A stretch of 64,000 bases of DNA, from the NCBI RefSeq assembly GCF_006345805.1, contig NC_043007.1, positions 62,062,001-62,126,000 of the forward strand. Reading direction: 5' to 3'. Every line of letters starts with the position of its first letter. The first letter of the stretch is position 1. The DNA comes from Octopus sinensis. Taxonomy: Eukaryota. The translations under genes were made by a program, and so were the position numbers. Positions 47,896-59,779 of this stretch are shown in pieces. The notes under the pieces were generated by a model. That model was not told the DNA's origin, did not search any database, and saw only the letters and a list, made by a program, of their open reading frames with translations.

Positions 47896-48339
47896 TGTTA
47901 TATAATCATCACAACAAACATGAACAATCAACGTCGCCCATTGTCTCCCTTGATAAAAGGACTTTCACTTTGTTTCCCGCCAAAACAATTAACTTGTACA
48001 ACAACGTCAGTCGAATAAAGTATCTTGTATCGTTAACACGTTGTTTCAGTCTCTCTCATTTTCTTAATCTTTCATACTAAGTACTCACTACTTCCTTTAA
48101 TACTCAATACTATATATATATAACAACAACACTCTACATAAATCCTAGTAAAGTGTGTATAAAATGAAATTAATCAGGTTTATTCACAGATCGATCAAGT
48201 TAGTAAAGTTTTAACAGTTTAGTAACAACATATTTTCTCCATACATTTTAATGGGTGGGGAAGACCTTTGCTACATTATCACAACTGAACTGAAATTCGG
48301 AAATGTAACATTGCAAGAGGAAGTAACAATTTATAATTT
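47896..48339 (+). repeat. 444-bp direct repeat (LTR + 208 bp incl. TSD and host flank), copy 1; copy 2 at 52423-52866
   Basis: No differences found by eye; offset 4527 bp. Confidence 0.92.
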
Positions 48340-48436
48340 GTTATATATAACAACAACATGGTGTCAGAATTCTAAAAGAACCCAAAATACAGAAACCAAA
48401 GGAAAAAAGAAGTTGAAATCATACTTCAAAGACGAA

Positions 48437-51400
48437 ATGGAAAATTTACCGTATCCAAAAGACCTAGACTTTAATCAGGAAAATCTAGCCGCAGCATGGA
48501 AAAAGTGGAAAAAAGAATTCAATCTCTTTTTGATAGCAACAGAAAGTGACATGAAGCCAGACAAAGTAAAAACTTCAATGTTTTTAACTTGCATCGGTTC
48601 TAAAGGCCGAGATATCCATTCCACACTGGATTTCGATTCACCCGACGAAGAAATGAACCTTCAGACAGTAATCGAAAAATTCGATGCATATTGTGAACCC
48701 AGGAAAAACATAACTTTCCTAAGACACAAATTCTTCACATGTGGACAAGCGGAACATCAAAAATTCGATGAGTACGTAGTAGAGTTGCGCCAAAAGGCAC
48801 AACAGTGCGAATTCGGTAACCTCACAGACAGTCTCACCAAAGGTATTCTGATATGTGGAATCAGAGACATGAGATTAAGAGAAAGATTATTGAGAGAACC
48901 AAATTTAGACCTACAAAAAACAATTCAAGCAGGTCAGAGTGCAGAGCAAACACGACTCCAATCAAGGATGCTAAATGCCACATCCGAAACAAGAGATAAC
49001 GAAATCTCGAGGGTATATAGTCAACACGACAGAAAAGGCGCCAAAACTCAAATAACCCGCCATATGCAATCCAGACATCAAAACGAACAAGGCGGAAGTG
49101 ACAGAAAGCCCGCCAAGTTTCAAGCGCCAAGTCAACACTACGTCACTAACTGTCACTATTGTGGTTATAATCACAAAAGAAATAAATGCCCAGCATTTCA
49201 CAAGACATGTGAAAAATGCAAGAAACAAGGACACTATGCAAAAATGTGCAAATCAAGAAAATTTGTACATAAAGTAGAGATACATACCGACGATGAATCA
49301 GATAACGATACACATGCACTCGAAATGATCACTGCAAATAATTCCCGCGTGCACAAAATCGAAAAGTTCAAGACTCCAAAAGACATTTGGACGGTCGAAC
49401 TAAAAGTGAACAACTCGAATGTAACATTCAAAATAGATACAGGAGCAGACGTAACCGTACTGCCATTCAGAGAATATAGAAATATAATTCCAAAACCACA
49501 ACTGCAAAAAACTTCAACTCGATTATCAGCTTATAATAACACAGCTATAAAAGTGCTAGGAAAATGCACAGCAGTCATTAAATACAAAGAATTATCAAAG
49601 CAAATAAAATTCATTGTTGCAAAAACAAACTCGCACGCAGTTATAGATGCAAAGACAGCTAAAGATCTGAACCTGATTCAGAGAATTTCAAAAATAAATT
49701 CGTCGAACACAAACGACATATTAGAAAAATATGAAGACTGTTTCGGAGAAATCGGCACTTTGTCAATAACACATCATATCACAGTGGATCTACAAATAAC
49801 TCCTGTAATTCATCCACCAAGATCGGTTCCTTTTTCTATAAAAGAAAAACTCAACAAAGAATTAAAAAGAATGACAGAATTAGATATCATAAAACCTGTT
49901 AGTGAACCTACAGACTGGGTAAATTCCTTAGTCATCGTTGAAAAAGCCAACGGAAAACTCCGACTCTGTTTAGACCCCAAGAATCTAAACAAAGCCATAA
50001 AAAGGCAACATTTCAAACTCCCTACAGCGGAGGACATTTTTGCACAAATGCATAACCCTAAATATTTTTCAAAACTCGGTGCATCTAATGGATACTGGCA
50101 AATTCCAGTTGACGAAGAAAGCTCCCATCTTTTAACGTTCAACACACCTTTTGGAAGGTATCGCTTCACACGACTACCCTTTGGAATTCACAGCGCCAGT
50201 GAAGTTTTCCAAAAAGAAATTTCAAAAATAATAGAGGGCATAGAAGGAGCAAGAAATTCACAGGATGACATCATTATCTGGTCCAACACTTTAGAAGAAC
50301 ACACAAATAGACTACAACAAGTTTTCGATCGAATCCGAAAGCACGGATTAAAGTTAAATAAATCAAAGTGTATCTTCTATGAATCACAAATCAAGTACCT
50401 TGGGCATATATTAACCAGCGAAGGGATAAAACAAGATCCAACCAAGGTACAAGCAATCATTCACATGCCACTGCCAACAAGTAAAAAAGAATTACAAAGA
50501 TTCCTAGGTATGACAAATTACTTATGTAAATTTTTATCTAATTACTCCGAAGTCACAGCACCATTGCGCCAGCTTCTACAGAGTGACACGTTATGGTCAT
50601 TCGACAAACCACAAATCGAAGCAATAAAAAAGCTAAAAGAAATGATTACCAGAAAACCAGTGCTACAATTTTATGATCCAGATCTACCAATAAAAATAAC
50701 TACAGATGCTAGTAAGCATGGGCTCGGAGCGATACTTGAGGAGAAACACAACGAAAGATGGCTACCTGTTTCGTTTGCATCTCGTGCAACAACTCAAGCG
50801 GAACAAAACTACTGTCCGATAGAGAGCGAAGCTCTCAGTATAGTTTTCGCATGCAAGAAATTTCATCAGTTTATATACGGAACTCATTTCAGAATCGAAA
50901 ATGATCATAAACCGTTGAAGCAAATATTCAAAAAATCGATCACTAAATGCCCCCCCCCCCCCAGAATCCAAAGATTTCTACTAACATTACAAAGATATGA
51001 TTTTGACCTAAACCACATACCTGGTAAAGAATCAATTGTTGCAGATACCCTATCACGTGCATACCTTGAGCAAAATACTCCAGAAGTATCAGACGAAGAT
51101 ATGAAATCGCACATTCATGCAGTAATAAAAAATTACCCCATAACCGACACTAAATTAAACGAGTATAAAGAAGCCACTGCAGACGACCCGTCTCTACAGA
51201 CACTCGTCACATATACAAGAACAGAATGGCCCCCAAAAGACAAAATACCAATAAACATCAAACCATTCGTATCCGTTCGTGATGAAATATCAATCGTCAA
51301 TGGTCTTGTTCTAAAAGGTTCAAGAATAATTGTACCTAAGTCATTACGTAGAGAAGCTCTACAGGAAATACATACCGGACACATGGGTATCGAAAAATGC

Positions 51401-52387
51401 ATAGAGAGAGCGAAGGAATGTATATACTGGCCCGGCATTAACGCTCAAATCAAAGACATGATTAACACATGCTCATACTGCATTGACTACAAAAATCAAC
51501 AAGCAGCCGAACCACTAATAAATCATGAAATACCTACTACACCATGGACCAAAGTGGGTACAGACGTATTTCACCTGTCTGGAAATTCGTATGTCACAAT
51601 TATTGACTATACAACAAGATTTTTTGATCTACACGAAATAAATGATTGCCAGTCAAAAACCGTAATCAAAAAATTAAAAGAAACTTTTGCTAAATTCGGA
51701 ATTCCGCAAACAGTTGTAAGTGACAACGGTCCAGAATTCAATTCGGCTGAATTCAAAAAATTTGCAAAAAATTGGCATTTTCATCACACGAAGACAAGCC
51801 CGCATTATCATCAAGCGAATGGCATGGTTGAGAGAAATATACAGACAATAAAAAAGACGCTAAAAAAGGCATTCAAAAGTGACGAAGAACCTCAGTTAGC
51901 GCTCTTAGCATTACGCACGACTAAATTACAAAATGGTGCACCATCCCCTGCAAATCAAATAATGAATAGAACATTGCGAACAAATCTCCCAAACATACTA
52001 CACGACAAAATTGGTATCAGGCCTCACGAAAAGAAGACATCAAACATTACAACAGAACTCCCAGAGTTAAAACCACACGACACGGTTAGAATTAAGTTTA
52101 ACAACAATTGGTTTAGAAGGGGCAAAATAATTAAAAAACTAGAGCAACCTCGTTCATACTTAGTAATAACAGAGGAAGGAAATACAGTCAAACGAAATAG
52201 ACAACATATTCTTAAAACAAACGAACACGTTCGCATAACAGAAGAATTAGATTATGAAAATATATTTCCAAAATCAACAAACACGCATGAAAAAACAAAA
52301 ACAGCACAACTACAGAATTCAACACTACAAAATAATAAAACCACAAAAAGTGGACGACGAATAATTATTCCCTGTAGATACAGATGA
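48437..52387 (+). CDS. Gag-Pol polyprotein, single ORF, 1316 aa from the probable native ATG
   Basis: MENLPYPKDLDF...; Gag CHYC...H...C and CEKCKKQGHYAKMC; protease DTGA; RT FSKLGASNGYWQI and SQDDIII; RNase H TDASKHGLG; integrase HTGH...CSYC, GTDVF, SDNGPEF, NGMVER. Confidence 0.95.
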   Translation: MENLPYPKDLDFNQENLAAAWKKWKKEFNLFLIATESDMKPDKVKTSMFLTCIGSKGRDIHSTLDFDSPDEEMNLQTVIEKFDAYCEPRKNITFLRHKFFTCGQAEHQKFDEYVVELRQKAQQCEFGNLTDSLTKGILICGIRDMRLRERLLREPNLDLQKTIQAGQSAEQTRLQSRMLNATSETRDNEISRVYSQHDRKGAKTQITRHMQSRHQNEQGGSDRKPAKFQAPSQHYVTNCHYCGYNHKRNKCPAFHKTCEKCKKQGHYAKMCKSRKFVHKVEIHTDDESDNDTHALEMITANNSRVHKIEKFKTPKDIWTVELKVNNSNVTFKIDTGADVTVLPFREYRNIIPKPQLQKTSTRLSAYNNTAIKVLGKCTAVIKYKELSKQIKFIVAKTNSHAVIDAKTAKDLNLIQRISKINSSNTNDILEKYEDCFGEIGTLSITHHITVDLQITPVIHPPRSVPFSIKEKLNKELKRMTELDIIKPVSEPTDWVNSLVIVEKANGKLRLCLDPKNLNKAIKRQHFKLPTAEDIFAQMHNPKYFSKLGASNGYWQIPVDEESSHLLTFNTPFGRYRFTRLPFGIHSASEVFQKEISKIIEGIEGARNSQDDIIIWSNTLEEHTNRLQQVFDRIRKHGLKLNKSKCIFYESQIKYLGHILTSEGIKQDPTKVQAIIHMPLPTSKKELQRFLGMTNYLCKFLSNYSEVTAPLRQLLQSDTLWSFDKPQIEAIKKLKEMITRKPVLQFYDPDLPIKITTDASKHGLGAILEEKHNERWLPVSFASRATTQAEQNYCPIESEALSIVFACKKFHQFIYGTHFRIENDHKPLKQIFKKSITKCPPPPRIQRFLLTLQRYDFDLNHIPGKESIVADTLSRAYLEQNTPEVSDEDMKSHIHAVIKNYPITDTKLNEYKEATADDPSLQTLVTYTRTEWPPKDKIPINIKPFVSVRDEISIVNGLVLKGSRIIVPKSLRREALQEIHTGHMGIEKCIERAKECIYWPGINAQIKDMINTCSYCIDYKNQQAAEPLINHEIPTTPWTKVGTDVFHLSGNSYVTIIDYTTRFFDLHEINDCQSKTVIKKLKETFAKFGIPQTVVSDNGPEFNSAEFKKFAKNWHFHHTKTSPHYHQANGMVERNIQTIKKTLKKAFKSDEEPQLALLALRTTKLQNGAPSPANQIMNRTLRTNLPNILHDKIGIRPHEKKTSNITTELPELKPHDTVRIKFNNNWFRRGKIIKKLEQPRSYLVITEEGNTVKRNRQHILKTNEHVRITEELDYENIFPKSTNTHEKTKTAQLQNSTLQNNKTTKSGRRIIIPCRYR

Positions 52388-53879
52388 TATAAAAAAAATT
52401 AAAAAAAAAAAAAAAAGGAAGATGTTATATAATCATCACAACAAACATGAACAATCAACGTCGCCCATTGTCTCCCTTGATAAAAGGACTTTCACTTTGT
52501 TTCCCGCCAAAACAATTAACTTGTACAACAACGTCAGTCGAATAAAGTATCTTGTATCGTTAACACGTTGTTTCAGTCTCTCTCATTTTCTTAATCTTTC
52601 ATACTAAGTACTCACTACTTCCTTTAATACTCAATACTATATATATATAACAACAACACTCTACATAAATCCTAGTAAAGTGTGTATAAAATGAAATTAA
52701 TCAGGTTTATTCACAGATCGATCAAGTTAGTAAAGTTTTAACAGTTTAGTAACAACATATTTTCTCCATACATTTTAATGGGTGGGGAAGACCTTTGCTA
52801 CATTATCACAACTGAACTGAAATTCGGAAATGTAACATTGCAAGAGGAAGTAACAATTTATAATTTTTGCAACAATTTAAAAGATTTCCTTATATTTTTT
52901 TCAAGCAACTTTTTCTAGAAGAAAATTTTGATTTTTCTTAAAGCTTTAACTGAAATATATCTCGAAAATGGATTGTCCAAGAATGAAAATAACCAAACGA
53001 CTGTACAACCGAAACTTGTAGAACAACAATTTAATTGCACAAAATAAGGAATGCATGTGCCATAATCAAATATCCCTACTTCCGTGCCAGTGTGCAGCAG
53101 ATAGCTGCCTTGGCAGTTTTTCGGAAGAGCACACACCATCCAATGGATTCTGTTTTGACGGAGATTAATTTTTTTTTTAGTGCGCCCTTGGAAATGATGG
53201 GGGCAAGCTTCTTATAAAATAAAAAAAAAACTTTTGAATATTTATGAATCTTTCAAATCTCCTTCTCACACACAGTACCGATTTCGGCCTTTTTTTTTTT
53301 TTTTTTTGCATTACGCACTTACAAACAATGAGAAAATCTTGAAGGTTTAAAAAAAGGAAAAAATTGGGAAATGGCGATCATCATCACAAATTAACACTTC
53401 CTTTATTTTCAAATAGAAAATGAAACGTAATTTAAAAACAATAATGAAATCATTTTTAATCTTTTCCTTAACCCCATAAATCTTAAAATTTCGGCTTATT
53501 TTCCCAATTTTTTTTTTTATCATAGTTTTAAAATACGGATAGTCCCAACTGCAATTTGTTTCTGTTTATAGCTTCAAAAAGATTTTCATGCGAAACGGTA
53601 TGTTATTTAAGGGAGATTTAGCTGTTGTTTCTCGCGCATCCTACGACCACCTGCGACCTTACTCGTTTATTTGTTACTCTGATGCTTTTCAGTATTTTAC
53701 TGCCCATAAACACATTTTTTCCAAAAGTCGAACACAAGGGAGATAATCACCCAAAAGCTGTTACCCAAGAGTTGCCCCTTTGATCTCTTGTTTTCTTTGT
53801 GATCGGACTGAAAAATGTTAAGATATTAAGATATTTTCTTAACATGAAACCAATGGTAGCCTTGATACACAAATAAAGT

Positions 53880-54199
53880 GTGTGTGTGTGTGTGTGTGTG
53901 TGCGTGCATACATACATACAACATACATACATACATACATACATACATACATACATACATACATACATACATACATACATACGCCATGATAGATCGTTAG
54001 CCACTACACACATTTTTTTCTCTCCTTGTTTTCTGTGTCCCTTTCTGTTGGCTCGAAACGTAAAAGACTTTTTCTATTCCTGAGCGTTATACTAATACAT
54101 CTGTTTGTTTTTTACACCACCTGTCTTAGTCTTTTGTTGTTTTTTTCGTAAACTCTCCCTACATACATACATACATACATACATACATACATACATACA

Positions 54200-54230
<31 letters not shown>
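53880..54230. repeat. (TG)n and (TACA)n microsatellites; similar (TA)n, (TG)n and (CA)n tracts occur throughout (e.g. 2823-2864, 3265-3303, 8088-8150, 45254-45330, 63822-63884)
   Basis: Directly visible. Confidence 0.95.
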
Positions 54231-55376
54231 GATGGGCTTCTACACAATTTTTGTTTACCTTATCTTCTCACAAGACATTGGTCGGTCTGGGACTATTGGG
54301 TTCAGTCTCACTCCGCAACACCTTGAACAAGACACTTGTTCAAGGTGTTGCACAGTGAGACTGAACCCAAGCCCACTTGCTTGCAAAGCGAACTGTTTAG
54401 CCACATAACCATGCCTGCACTTAATATTCTTAGCACGCCGAATAAAAGGTTTTGCGGTATTTCGTCCGCCTTTATATTCTGAGTTCAAATTCCGCCGAGG
54501 TCGACTTTCTCTATTATCCTTTCTGGATCGATAAAATATGGACCAATTGAATACTGGGATGGATATAATCGATTTCGCCCATCCCTTGAAATTTGGGACC
54601 TTGAGCTAAAATTTGAAACCCATAGTACTGCAGACAACTCCAAACATGTTCCGATCTTATTAAGACTCCATCAGCAAAGCACAGATGTCACTGTACTTAC
54701 CACATTAGTGATGAGAGAATTACTATATAATTGTATAATATTACACATTAGCGTAGAAAATTGATATCTTTTAGAGAATTGTTTTTAGGAATTAATGAAA
54801 CTCATAAATACTCTCTGCTTGAAAAGCAATATTTGAGTGAATGTTTAACTATTCCAGAGTAATGCTATGGGATGTTTATGTATGCGGTACCCCTTTAAGA
54901 GGCCTTGATCGACAGAGCAGCAGGGGGATATAGAAAATACTTAATGGTACCAATCTTATTGCAAAGTATATCTTGGATGGTACTAAATTTACCAATCCAG
55001 AACTGATAAGATCTAAACAAAGTTTTGTTCTGTTTTTTCATTTACGGCTCTGTCTAATCTTTAGGAAAACATATGGGGTGAGGTGGAGTTTAAATCTCGG
55101 CAGACAACTTGTGTTTTGCCTTGATGCATTCTTTTTTTTTTTTCTTTTTCTTCCTCTTCGCCTACACCGAACTGAAAATAAGGCAAAATATTATCTTGTT
55201 CACTTTTTTCTCTTTTCTTTCTCTTCTCCTTGCAGTCTGTCTACATTGATCTGAAATTAATGCACAATACCTCTGCTTCAATTTTCTTACCTTGTATCAA
55301 TATATTTATTTCTGTGATAATTTCGTTTTGGGATTTGGTTTGCAAGATTCTTTATATGAGTTCGTGAGTTGAAGCA

Positions 55377-55607
55377 TATTCTGTTGTGTCTGGGGGCAGT
55401 CATTTTCTTTTTATGTCTTATAATGTAACACACTCACCGGTAAAATTTCAATAGTCTTGAGTCCTGACTCAAAACTACTGAAAAGGTTGCAAGACGCAAT
55501 GAAAATTTTAGGAAAATAAAAATAAGAAACAAGTGGAAATTTTACCGGTGAGTGTGTTACATTATAAGGCACAAAAAGAAAATGACTCTCCCCAGACACA
55601 ACAGAGT
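55377..55607. mobile_element. Foldback MITE with ~72-bp inverted arms
   Basis: 55377-55450 vs 55535-55607 (…TAATGTAACACACTCACCGGTAAAATTTC / GAAATTTTACCGGTGAGTGTGTTACATTA…). Confidence 0.8.
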
Positions 55608-56535
55608 ATTTCAGTGATAAGTTGCAGCAATTCACAAGCATCACCATAAATCCAACAGAGGTTTTTGATTAGTGTGGAATGATAAATATCCCTAAGTTAA
55701 ATATCGATACAACCGACGGGGATCTTTTTTTTTTTTTTTCACCACGCACTTCAAAATGATGGTGGTGAAGCCTTCTATGAAAAAAATATTTGGAAAATCT
55801 AATTCCCCCTCAACTCACCTTGGGGGATGGGGGCCTCACGATGGATCTTTCATTTTTTTTTCTACTGTCTCTACACACTTAAAAACGATGGGGTTTTTTT
55901 TTAAATTGAAATTCATGAAAATCCATAATTTTTCCTGTCCTCACTGCCTCCCTCACGACAGCAACTACCATTACAATTCTTCTCTGCTCTCTCCCCTTTT
56001 TTTCTTTCAGCACAAAATGAAATATAATTTTATTCAAACACTTTCAATTTGACACACACAAAAAAACAAATGAACTTAAACACAATAATGGAACCATATC
56101 TTCCTCGTATTTATGAATTTTTAGAGGGTTGTGTTTATGTCGAATGGAAAAAGTTTCATTTTGTGTTGAAAAAAATGGTGGGGAAAGAACTGTAATGGTG
56201 ATTGCTATCGTGAGGACAAAGATGAGGCGACGTTCGAAAATCATGGATTAATTTTTTTTTTTTTAATAAAAAAGACTCCCTTCCTTTCCATTGTTTTTAA
56301 GTGTGTTGTGCAAAAACAATTTGAAAAGTACATCATGAGGGCCCCGGGGAGGGGAAGGGGAAAATCCGATTTTCAAAAATTTTTTTCATAAAATTCACCC
56401 TGTGTGGTGAAAAAAAATTTTTTTTTAATTCCCATCAAAACAGAAAATTCAACTTATATTTGTGAGCTATTCTGAAACTCCACCAAAATTTGTTACGTAT
56501 GTAAGTGGTTACTTTTCCTGATTGTATTCTATAAT

Positions 56536-56789
56536 AAAATAAATAAATGCGCCCTTTTAAAGCCTGGCCAGGCTCATGGGTCCGGTTTCCCTGTTTCTAT
56601 GGCGTGTGTGTTCCCCAGCTGGACGGGACGCCAGTCCATCGCTGCATTACTCATTTATGCCAGCTGAGTGGACTGGAGCAACGTGAAATGAAGTGTTTTG
56701 CTCAAGAACACAACGCATCACCCGGTCCAGGAATCGAAACCACAATCTTACGATCATGGTGCTGACACCCTAACCACTAAGCCACGCAG
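56536..56789 (-). mobile_element. Young tRNA-derived SINE
   Basis: Head GCGTGGCTTAGTGGTTAGGG...GGTTTCGATTCCTGG; TTGAGCAAAACACTT core; (TATT)n tail; CpGs intact. Confidence 0.85.
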
Positions 56790-59031
56790 ATCAGATAATT
56801 TCATTGTAAGCAACGCCTAAGACTTCCTACCGAAAATAAAGCATTCTCTAAGCGTTCATTGGACTTGCTAGAAATAGCAGCAAAACCTCTCTCAAATTAA
56901 CACAATAAAGGAAGTACATTTTTGACAACACAGTCTGAAAATTAGACTCGATGATCTTCGCCAAAATACTTTTGATCCTTGATCTACTCGATCAGGGTTG
57001 ACTATGCTAAGGAACAACATGATTGTTTCTAACAAACAGTAAGTCATACAGTTATAGAGCAGAAGCGATTGGTACAAGTTCATTTTGTCTAAAGAGTATT
57101 AACATGCCGAATGAAACATATTTGCTTACCCCCAACATGTTTGTAAATGTCGAACTGCTTATCCATAAAGTCCGGCAGCCAGGCTAAGAACCCCAGGGCC
57201 TGACTAGTACTTGTTTTATTGACCTCGGAAGCATGAAAAGCAAATTTGACCTTGGTGAAATTGAAACTGAAAACGTTAAGGGATGTGACTCAATACCACA
57301 ACCAACTCTGCCAATTCACCGCTCTGACACCGTAAAGAATAATCCAACCTACAATGAGCATAAATCCTGAAATTTTGAGTTGATTCCATCGACGCCAGTA
57401 TATTTCATTGTGACTGAAAGGATGAAAGCCAAAGTTGACTACAGTGGAATTTGAACACAACGTAAATAACGGATGAAATGCCGCTAAGCATTGTGTCTGG
57501 TGTACAAACAATTCTGCCAGGTCGCGGTCTAAACATCAAAAGGAATAATAACAGGATTGAAAATTATTTATAAATAATTTATTCATTTATTTATTCGTTA
57601 ATTATTATATAATAAAAAGAGACAAATAAAAATTAATAGCAAAACTGCATCGATGTTATTTTAATGACAAAATAGCCAACTTTTGTATTTAATATCAGGT
57701 GAAGTTGATTGCTTTAATAAGAATACCTACCCACAAATGTTCCCCTACCGGAATTTGTTTCCTGATAACTTTCAGAAAGATGGATATTCTTTTATGCAAT
57801 TTTTGACAACTACCTTTCAGATGATGTAAATTACGATTATATTGGAATTTTATGTGAAAAAAAAAAAAGTTAATTGGTGGTCGTGCACAAATACAAACTA
57901 CACCACATAATTTGTTCGAAATTACAAGGCTCATTTTCTAGATATATATATGTGTCGGTATGTATGTGTGCGTGCCCACCATGTTTTTTTTCCCATTAAA
58001 TTCCAATATAATCGTGATCTGAAAGAAAATTTCATTTAAAAAATTACTTATTTTTCTTAAAGTTATGAGAAGACAAAGTCAACTCGTGTGAATTATCCTA
58101 AACTCCTCGCCCCACTCCATATGAAAAATAATTTCATCACAAATTTCGATATAATAGGAATCTTCACCTTCTGAAGGGTATTTGTAGATTTCATTTTAAA
58201 ATATCCATTTTTCTGAAAGTTGTGAAGAAACAAAGTCGAAGTGGGGTACAGTTGTGTAGGTATGTCGCGTTAATGCATCTTCACTCTCAAGTCGATCTCT
58301 CTTTTTACGGCTTAATTTGCTTCGTAATATAGTATTTAATTTAGAAAAAAGTTCAATAGAGTGTTGTTTTAGAATATTGATTTTAAATTAGTAGATAAAT
58401 AGATGAATTTGGTAAACATTTCTTCTCTTTTCCAATCCTCGCGTCTTGAAACCTGGGCTCTGCTTACCTTTTTTGGGGTTGAGTCAGTGTCAAATGCATA
58501 GTATACGACATAAAAACTTCTGAAATAGCATGAGTTTTTCAAACACTTAATCTTAGCCTTTTGTTTACCTTTTTTATATATTTACATCATATGTCAATCG
58601 GTGTATTTTTCAAATACTTCTAGTATCCTTTAGTTAGATAGTTTTTAGATGGATTTTCAAAATGATTTGTGAATAATCTAAAGCAGTCATGGGTAAATTG
58701 CGGCCCACAGGACCTTCTGAATGGCACACCAACGAAAAATTACCTTGAATCTAACTGAGCCATGTCTCATATAGCTCGCTTCTCGAAAATGGTTGCCCAT
58801 ACCTAAAACTAAAGGGAATGAAGTATAGCTAACGAAGCACAAACGATGAGATTAAATGTCTAAAACAACACATAGCCACCATATCAACATCTCAACGAAA
58901 ATATAAAGTGACCTACTTCCTTTTTTGCTATAGGTGGTATATTGTGTTTGTCATATTGAGTGATTTTAAAGTTCGCTTAAATAACAACAAAAATAGGTCA
59001 GCTTTGCAGACATTTAAAAAACTCCTTCATC

Positions 59032-59242
59032 CTAGTTCGTATATCCAAGATTGTATTCCCCTTTTGTAGTTTTATCATATTCACTCTCCTTTCGTTCTTC
59101 TTCGACTTTACCGTGTTTCATTCCATCCTCATTATTGCTCTGTGATGTACTTGGTGTGCTATCTTTACATTCCATTTCCACTGTGTTGACAGTTACCTCA
59201 CCTTGCTCTTTTTGTTCTTTCTTGATCACAAAATGAAGAGCC
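59032..59242 (-). CDS. SLC46-family MFS transporter, terminal coding exon
   Basis: cttttcag|G GCT CTT CAT...TAT ACG AAC TAG; ALHFVIKKEQKEQGEV...GEYNLGYTN*; phase 2 matches the upstream exon. Confidence 0.8.
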
Positions 59243-59352
59243 CTGAAAAGAAAGACATTGGAAGCTGTGCAGAATCATTTTAAAATCATACAAGTGTTTC
59301 TTAAGTATGCATTAGATTATGAAACCATCTTAGAGAGTAAAAACAAGAGTTG

Positions 59353-59779
59353 GGATCTTTTCGGTTTGAACGGCAGTTTTTTAAAATAATTTCCACGTAA
59401 CTAAGCACTTTTAAACTTCGTATACTGGTAGAATGTGTTTATAAAACATATTTTTCTCTTGGCTTTATTGAGAAAATTCTATAGTTTGTAAGATATTTGT
59501 TGTTTTTTTTCTTCAATTACTGCAATTTCAACCAATCAATGACGTCTATTGAGGTGAAAACATACTGTGCCGTATGAATATGTCCCTCGTTTAAGAAACA
59601 GATTGGGTTTATTTACATTTGTGAAGAAAAAAAGATACCCTTCCCCTCACCCCTAACTCTAACTAACCCTAACCCTAAAACAGATTGAAATGCAATAGAT
59701 CGATACTAGGGTCATAATTATGGGTGACAATTTCATATGACACCGCAAGAAAAAACTGCCGTTCAAACCGAAAAGATCC
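59353..59779. mobile_element. MITE with perfect 30-bp TIRs, 9-bp TSD and internal (CCCTAA)-like tract
   Basis: TIR GGATCTTTTCGGTTTGAACGGCAGTTTTTT; TSD CAAGAGTTG at 59344-59352 and 59780-59788; CCCTAACTCTAACTAACCCTAACCCTAA at 59651-59678. Confidence 0.92.

Larger units (their letters stand above)
47896..52658 (+). mobile_element. Ty3/Gypsy (Mag-like) LTR retrotransposon with rearranged 5' end; TSD CTCTA
   Basis: LTR TGTTATA...ACAACA 236 bp at 47896-48131 and 52423-52658; CTCTA at 47891-47895 and 52659-52663; PBS TGGTGTCAGAA 48359-48369; PPT A-run+GGAAGA before 52423. Confidence 0.95.

Noticed and set aside
47896-48339. 444-bp repeats as the true LTRs
   Set aside because: No CA end or TSD at 52866; TSD, PBS and PPT define a 236-bp LTR.
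48251-48436. First 62 aa of the 1378-aa ORF as native Gag
   Set aside because: Encoded by duplicated host flank, mini-LTR and PBS; Gag similarity starts at MENLPYP (48437).
52870-53760. CpG-rich block as a possible DNA transposon (TTAA-GGGAG end at ~53606)
   Set aside because: No matching second terminus or coding remnant found.
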